In this document: positions 58,734-64,000 of the stretch, in pieces | Layout: each line of letters starts with the position of its first letter | How positions within the stretch are numbered: position 1 is the first letter of the stretch | NCBI GenBank assembly: GCA_001179505.1 | Contig: CDMY01000256.1 | Coordinates: forward strand, 1-64,000 | Direction of reading: 5' to 3' | DNA from: Vitrella brassicaformis CCMP3155 | Lineage: Eukaryota > Protista > Chromerida | Length of the DNA stretch: 64,000 nt | Notes under the pieces: model-generated | Told to the model about the DNA's origin: nothing | The model's database searches: none | What the model saw: the letters and a program-made list of their open reading frames with translations, nothing else | Translations under genes and position numbers: made by a program

Positions 58734-60199
58734 ATGTCGCAGCCCGACTCACAGCGGGCACTGCGTAGATGTAGGGAGCGAAGCGGCCAAGGAGCAGGCA
58801 AGGCCGGGAGGGAGGGGGTTGCAATGAAGTCAATGTTGTGTTGTCCTTATGGCTGCCGCGCACAGGCTTGGCGGCTGACTTACCGTGGAAGGAGCGTCTG
58901 GCCAGAGAGGGCTGCTACGTGCAGAAGGTGACGAATGACGGCAACTGTCTATTTCGGGCCTTCGCCGACCAGCTCACCGGTGGGTAGGTGGTGCACACCT
59001 GCACAACTCACAACAGGACAGTGTCCGCTGTGTGTCCAGCCAGCGTGACTTCTGATTGCGCGTATTCAGGTGACGAGAGTGGCTGCAGTTTGTTCCGGCA
59101 GAAGGCCATGGACTACGTCGAGCAACACCGCCCGGACTTCGAGCACTTTATAGCAGCGGATAGCGACGGGTTGGATCGCGACGAGAAGTTCGACGCGTAC
59201 GTGCGGCGAATGAGGGTGGCTGGCGAATGGGGAGGCGAGTTGGAGATAACATCGCTGTGCCACTCGTACGAGGTGAACTGTCTGGTGCACCAGAAGCACC
59301 TGGCGACCCCCATCGACTGTGACTATGGCTACCACAAGCGTGTCCAGCTGCTCTATGATGGCGGTACGTACGTGAGGGGTGGTGGGTGTGTGCTGCATGT
59401 CTGTCTGTGTGTCTGTGTGTTGCCGTTCGCGTATGGTCATCAGTCCATGTGTCTGTCTCTTCCTGTGTGCCGGTCTTGTTCCATTCGTGTGGTAGGTTCT
59501 CACTACGACTCGGTGCGTCGCGATGATTGCGGGGGCCGTGCGGCAGATAAGAAGCCCGCCAAGGCCAAGGGTCAGTCAGTCTACTCACTCCTCATTCACA
59601 GGTCACCTGCAAATGGCTGGCTGGCTTGCTGGTTGACTCTTGTCAGGCGGTGGCAAAGCCAGGCCAGCCGTCAAGCGTGGCGCCGCACCCGCGGCTGCCG
59701 CCAGCCCGCTCACACCGGACGATGGCATCGCCAAGAAAAAGCGTATGTCTGCAAGGACTCACTACTGAGTGCTCATCTTCACATCAGTGTATTTTGTGTG
59801 TGTGTGTGTGTGTGTCTGCAGACAAGGGTCGCAAGCCGGTCCGCAACAAGGCCAATCGCAAGCCGGTGGCCGTGAGCGACGACTACGAGGAGGGTGAGGG
59901 TGAATGGGAGGTGGACAGGATCGTGGACCACCGGCAGGACCGGAGCGGCAACCTGGAGTTCAAGGTCGTGTGGAAGCCTGCTAACAACGGACAAGGTCAG
60001 TCAGTGGGCCAACCAAGGGACAGAGCATCCATCCATCCATGGGTGGGTGGCTGGTCAGCATGTACCATCTGGTGTGGTGTGGTGTGGTGTGACGTCTTGC
60101 TTGCTGTGTGTGTCAGCGTGGGAGCCGATGTGGGAGCCCGAGGACAACTGCGACGATTGCCGTGACGCCGTCGTTGATTACTGGGCCTCCAAGGCGTAA
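58734..60199 (+). CDS. OTU-family deubiquitinase with basic linker and C-terminal chromodomain
   Basis: Exons join in phase: VTNDGNCLFRAFADQLT|GDE (catalytic D/C), GEWGGELEI, G|SHYDSV (catalytic H), a Lys-rich linker, and GEWEVDRIVDHRQDRSGNLEFKVVWKP...WEPEDNCDDCRDAVVDYW. The first exon is inferred through a GC-AG intron. Confidence 0.88.
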
Positions 60200-60767
60200 T
60201 GGCCGTTACCTACCTGCTTGCTTCGTGCTTCGTTGTCGCGGCCTTTTTTGCTTGTGTGGATTAGTCAAGGCTGGCTGCGTGTGGGTGTTGGTTGGCATTT
60301 CCAGACCTATCTGTGCAGGGTCGGTGCTGCAGCAGCAGGCAGCAGCAGCAGCGACAGCGAGCACACCTGTGTGTGGGTGGGTCGGTGGTGGGTGGGTGTG
60401 GGTTGGCGGGTGGGTGTGCAGCATGCCGTGGCTTAACCTAACTAATTGAATGCATTCGTCCGTCCGTGTCTGTCTATATGTGTGTGCATCTCACATGCAC
60501 GGTTCCCACGCGCACGTGGCTCCAATCATCACCACAAACAGAAACACACACACACACACACACAGAGAGAAAGAGAGAGAGAGGGCACATACGCAGTGCA
60601 CGCCCCCTCCCTGCCTCCCTCTCTGCACACACAGCCCACCCCTGCGCACCTCCGTGTGTGGGAAGGTGCCTGCCTGTCTGCTGCGCACTCCTGCGCGCAC
60701 ACGAAATTCGCAAAACCACCGCAAAACGTGTCGCGGGCGTAAACGTTTACGCCTTTCCAATAAGGCC

Positions 60768-63700
60768 ATGATTCCCCTCGTGTTTGTGGCGCTGGCAGTT
60801 GTCAGCAGCGCCAGCGCAGCCCATGTGTCGCCCGTGGGCAAAGGTCAGCCAAAGATCCACCGGCCAACTGGACAGTTCTTCCGCCGCCTTGCGCTGCGTG
60901 CTGTGCTGCGTGCAGTGATATCGATGCTGGCGAGGCTGCAGGAGCAGGTGGTCGCCGAAGGCAAGGAGGAGGCCGCCGCGTACGACAAGTTCGCATGCTT
61001 TACGCGAGATGCGGTCGTCAAAACTCACAACGAAATGACCAGGGGCAGGTACACATGAACGCAGATACTCACAGATACTGATCTCGGCCAGTGGCGGGTG
61101 ACATGCTCCTGTGCATGGATGGATGGATGGATGGGTGTGTTTTTGCAGCAAACGTTCTTCCCTCCTTGGCACAGAAATATCCGGCCTGCAGTCGGAGATT
61201 GACGCGCTGGCGGGAGAGATCAGCGGCCTCGCCAACGACATTGCGGCCAAGGAGCGCCACATCGAGGAACTCAACAGCAACCGCACCGCACAAAAGGCCG
61301 AATTCGACCAGATGCACTCAGGTGGGCAGATGCCGGTGAGTCTCTGAGCCATCTCATCCATGTGATGGACGCAGATATGAAGAAGGCCTTGGTGGCGCTG
61401 AAGAGCGCCATCCACGCGGTGAAGACGTCGCTGTCGAACCTGCCGGCCGGTCAGTCTTATCTCGCCATCAGGTCAGCAACACAGCCACAGGACAGTGTGT
61501 TCCACAATTCTGTTGCTGCACGTGGGGCAGGCGCGCATTGGATCCATTGAAGGAGGCCCTGGTGGTTGTTGGCAGCACTCCCACTGACGTAAACCATTCA
61601 CCAGGAATTCGCCTAAGCTGTGCAATGGTGCATCACATCTTGTGTGTTCTTGCAGGCACTGCGTCTGCTGGATGTTGTGGACGACCCAGAAATCGACCAC
61701 CTCGCCCACCCACACCAAGGGCAGGTAGGTATACGCAGGGCAGCAGTAGAGACCCAGCTCGCCACAGTATCACATGCCACTTCATTTGTGTGGTGCCTGC
61801 AGGCGAATGCGTACGAGCACCACTCTGACACGGTCCTGAGCAAGCTGGACGAGCTGCACGACCAGTTCCGCGAGAACCTGAAGCAGCTGGAGAACGACGA
61901 GTTCCAACACCGGGCTGCCTATGAGATGGCCTTGCAGGTGGCCAACCAGGAGATCAAGGCCAAGACGGACCTGAAGGAAGAAAAGCAAGAGATCAGGTGA
62001 CCATGAATTCTGGAAAGGAGGCAAAGAAATCCGCCAACACATGGAATTGCGTTGACTGTAGTGACTCGAAATCGACGAAGATGGGCGAGCTGGACGCAGA
62101 AAAGACCAAGGTGGACGAGGAATACAAGAAAGGTGCGGTCAAGCGAAAGTGACAATCACGAGTGAGGTGGATACTCTATTGCCGTGTGTGTTAATACTGC
62201 AGACAAGGCCTACATGGATGAGCTGAAGGCGGCTGCCGAGTCAGCGGCGCAGGAGTGGGACACAAGATCCAAGACGCGGGCTGATGAGCTGGCTGCACTC
62301 AAACAGGGCATCCAGATACTCAAGGGATCCACCTCCGTCATGAAGTCAGTCAGCCGACAAAAGATGGCGGCCATCCTGTCTTTTTCTGTACTCTGTCTTG
62401 TGCAGCAAATCCTTGATGTCGAGGCATGTCTCCAGGTTCACCCTCCCCTCCTACCGCAGTGTGTCCTTCCCCTTGACGCGCCGCCGCTATGCACACGCCC
62501 CCGCCACGTCCCTCCTGCAGGCCGCCTTCCCACATCACACGCACCGCTACCAGCCTACACACGAGCGCCCCGACCCACGTGCAGACGCTGCGCGAGACAG
62601 GGTGGTCAACCTTCTCAGGTCAGTGGGCTGGCAGCATGTGTGGGCACTGATCGATGGACTTCCCTTGTGTATGTATGTATGTCTTGTCGTTCTGTCGCAG
62701 GTCCAAGGGTGAGCATCTGCGCAGTCCCGTGCTGCGCATGTTGGCGTCGCAGATATCGGAGGATCCCTTTGACAAAGTGAGGCAGCTGATAGAGGACCTA
62801 ATATCGAAGCTGCAGGCGGAGGAGCTGACCGAAATGGGACACAAAGAATGGTCAGAGTCAGGAAAGACAGGGGAAAAAAGATCGAGAGGCCATCGATCGA
62901 CGGCATCCGTGTGGTGCCCTTCGTCTGCGCAGGTGCGACAAGGAGATGAAGGCCGCCACTGAGCAGCGAGACGCGCAGCAGGCCGACAAGGAACGACTAG
63001 AAGGTGGGCAGCGTCTCATCAAGAGCGATCCTCCGGCATCGCTGTCTGCTGTGCGTATCAAGGTGAGATCGAGACGCTTCAGTCGGACATTTCCAGCAGC
63101 AAGGACACCATCGCCACACTCACACAAGAGATCGCCGACCTCAACAAACAGCGCAACGAAGCCGTAAGGAATCACACCCCTCTCCCCGGACACACACCAG
63201 GCGGCGTACTTTCTTCTGTGTCGACACAGATGCAGCTGCGCGAGACGGAGCGCCAGCAGAATGAAGCCGCGAAGACCGGTCCCGTCAACACACAGCCATA
63301 AATATTCAAATGCACCAACACCAATATGCGCGCCGTCTGTGTACATCCACTGTCTGTGTATGTGTGTGCAGAGGCCGAGGAGAGTCGCGACGCCGTCGAC
63401 CAGGCGCTGACCATCATCCAGGATTTCTACAATGGAGCACAGACCCCCGCCAGCGAGCAGTCCTTCACGCAACTGCGCATCCGGCACGCCAAACTGAGAA
63501 GTGCTGCATACCGAGCGAGACACAGACAGGTGGGTGCCGTTAGTGGAAATGTGAGCATCGTATGCATCGATTGTACCTGCATGGCTGTGCGTGTTGCTCG
63601 CAGGCTCCCTTGCCCGAGGGCCCGTTCTCTGGTCCGTATCAGGGCAGACAGGGCAAAGTTGGCGGCATCATCGGTGCGCATGCACACATACATGGAGAGA

Positions 63701-64000
63701 TGGAGGAACCGATGTCATTCATGAGTGTCTCTTCTTTCAGGGTTGCTTGAGACGATCCGTGACGACTTCGCCCAGTCTGCGACGGACATAGCCCAGGCAG
63801 AGACAGACGCACTCGCCACATACAACCAACTCAAAGACACATTAGACGTATGAATGATTACAGCTGCACGTGCCTCTACTCTGCACATTCGCCGGCCGTT
63901 GCTGTCGTGTGTTGTCAGGGCGACATATCTTCCAAGGAGTCCGACAAGAGCAGCGAGGCGTCGCTGCTCGAGGGCAAAGAGGGAGACCTCGTCACGAAAC
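60768..64000 (+). CDS. Secreted long coiled-coil protein of the alveolate PVxKV...YDKFAC / DPFxKV...HKEWCD family (possible extrusome/trichocyst-matrix-like), 3' truncated by the window
   Basis: Signal peptide MIPLVFVALAVVSSASA, HVSPVGK|VISMLARLQEQVVAEGKEEAAAYDKFACF, heptad-rich exons, DPFDKVRQLIEDLISKLQAEELTEMGHKEW|CDKEM, SFTQL. Confidence 0.75.

Overview
Intron-rich, GC-rich eukaryotic genomic DNA. The plastid-targeted LHC gene, alveolate-type helical-repeat protein and microsatellite-filled short introns fit a chromerid alga such as Vitrella brassicaformis; this is an inference, not a database match. The first 28 kb is gene-dense and intact. It holds a secreted YbhB-type PEBP, a mitochondrial-type HPR/OPR repeat protein, a USP7-like deubiquitinase fused to leucine-rich repeats, UMP-CMP kinase, a phytyl-ester-synthase-like acyltransferase, an LHC protein, an aromatic amino acid decarboxylase and a secreted multi-knottin protein. 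From 28 to 31 kb there is a modular non-coding repeat. From 31 to 43 kb there are frameshifted remains of a coiled-coil/EF-hand gene, an apparently mis-scaffolded intact paralog between two N gaps, and an atypical kinase. Cathepsin C follows. A young full-length Ty3/gypsy chromodomain retrotransposon (49137-58103, 4-bp TSD) sits inside a damaged gene. After it come an OTU-chromodomain fusion deubiquitinase and a secreted coiled-coil protein running off the end. The most interesting signals are (1) introns with CA-rich 5' halves and TG-rich 3' halves that could pair and bridge the splice sites, (2) two deubiquitinases with unusual domain fusions, and (3) an extra domain after the retrotransposon chromodomain. 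Gene models were spliced by eye, so internal boundaries are approximate.
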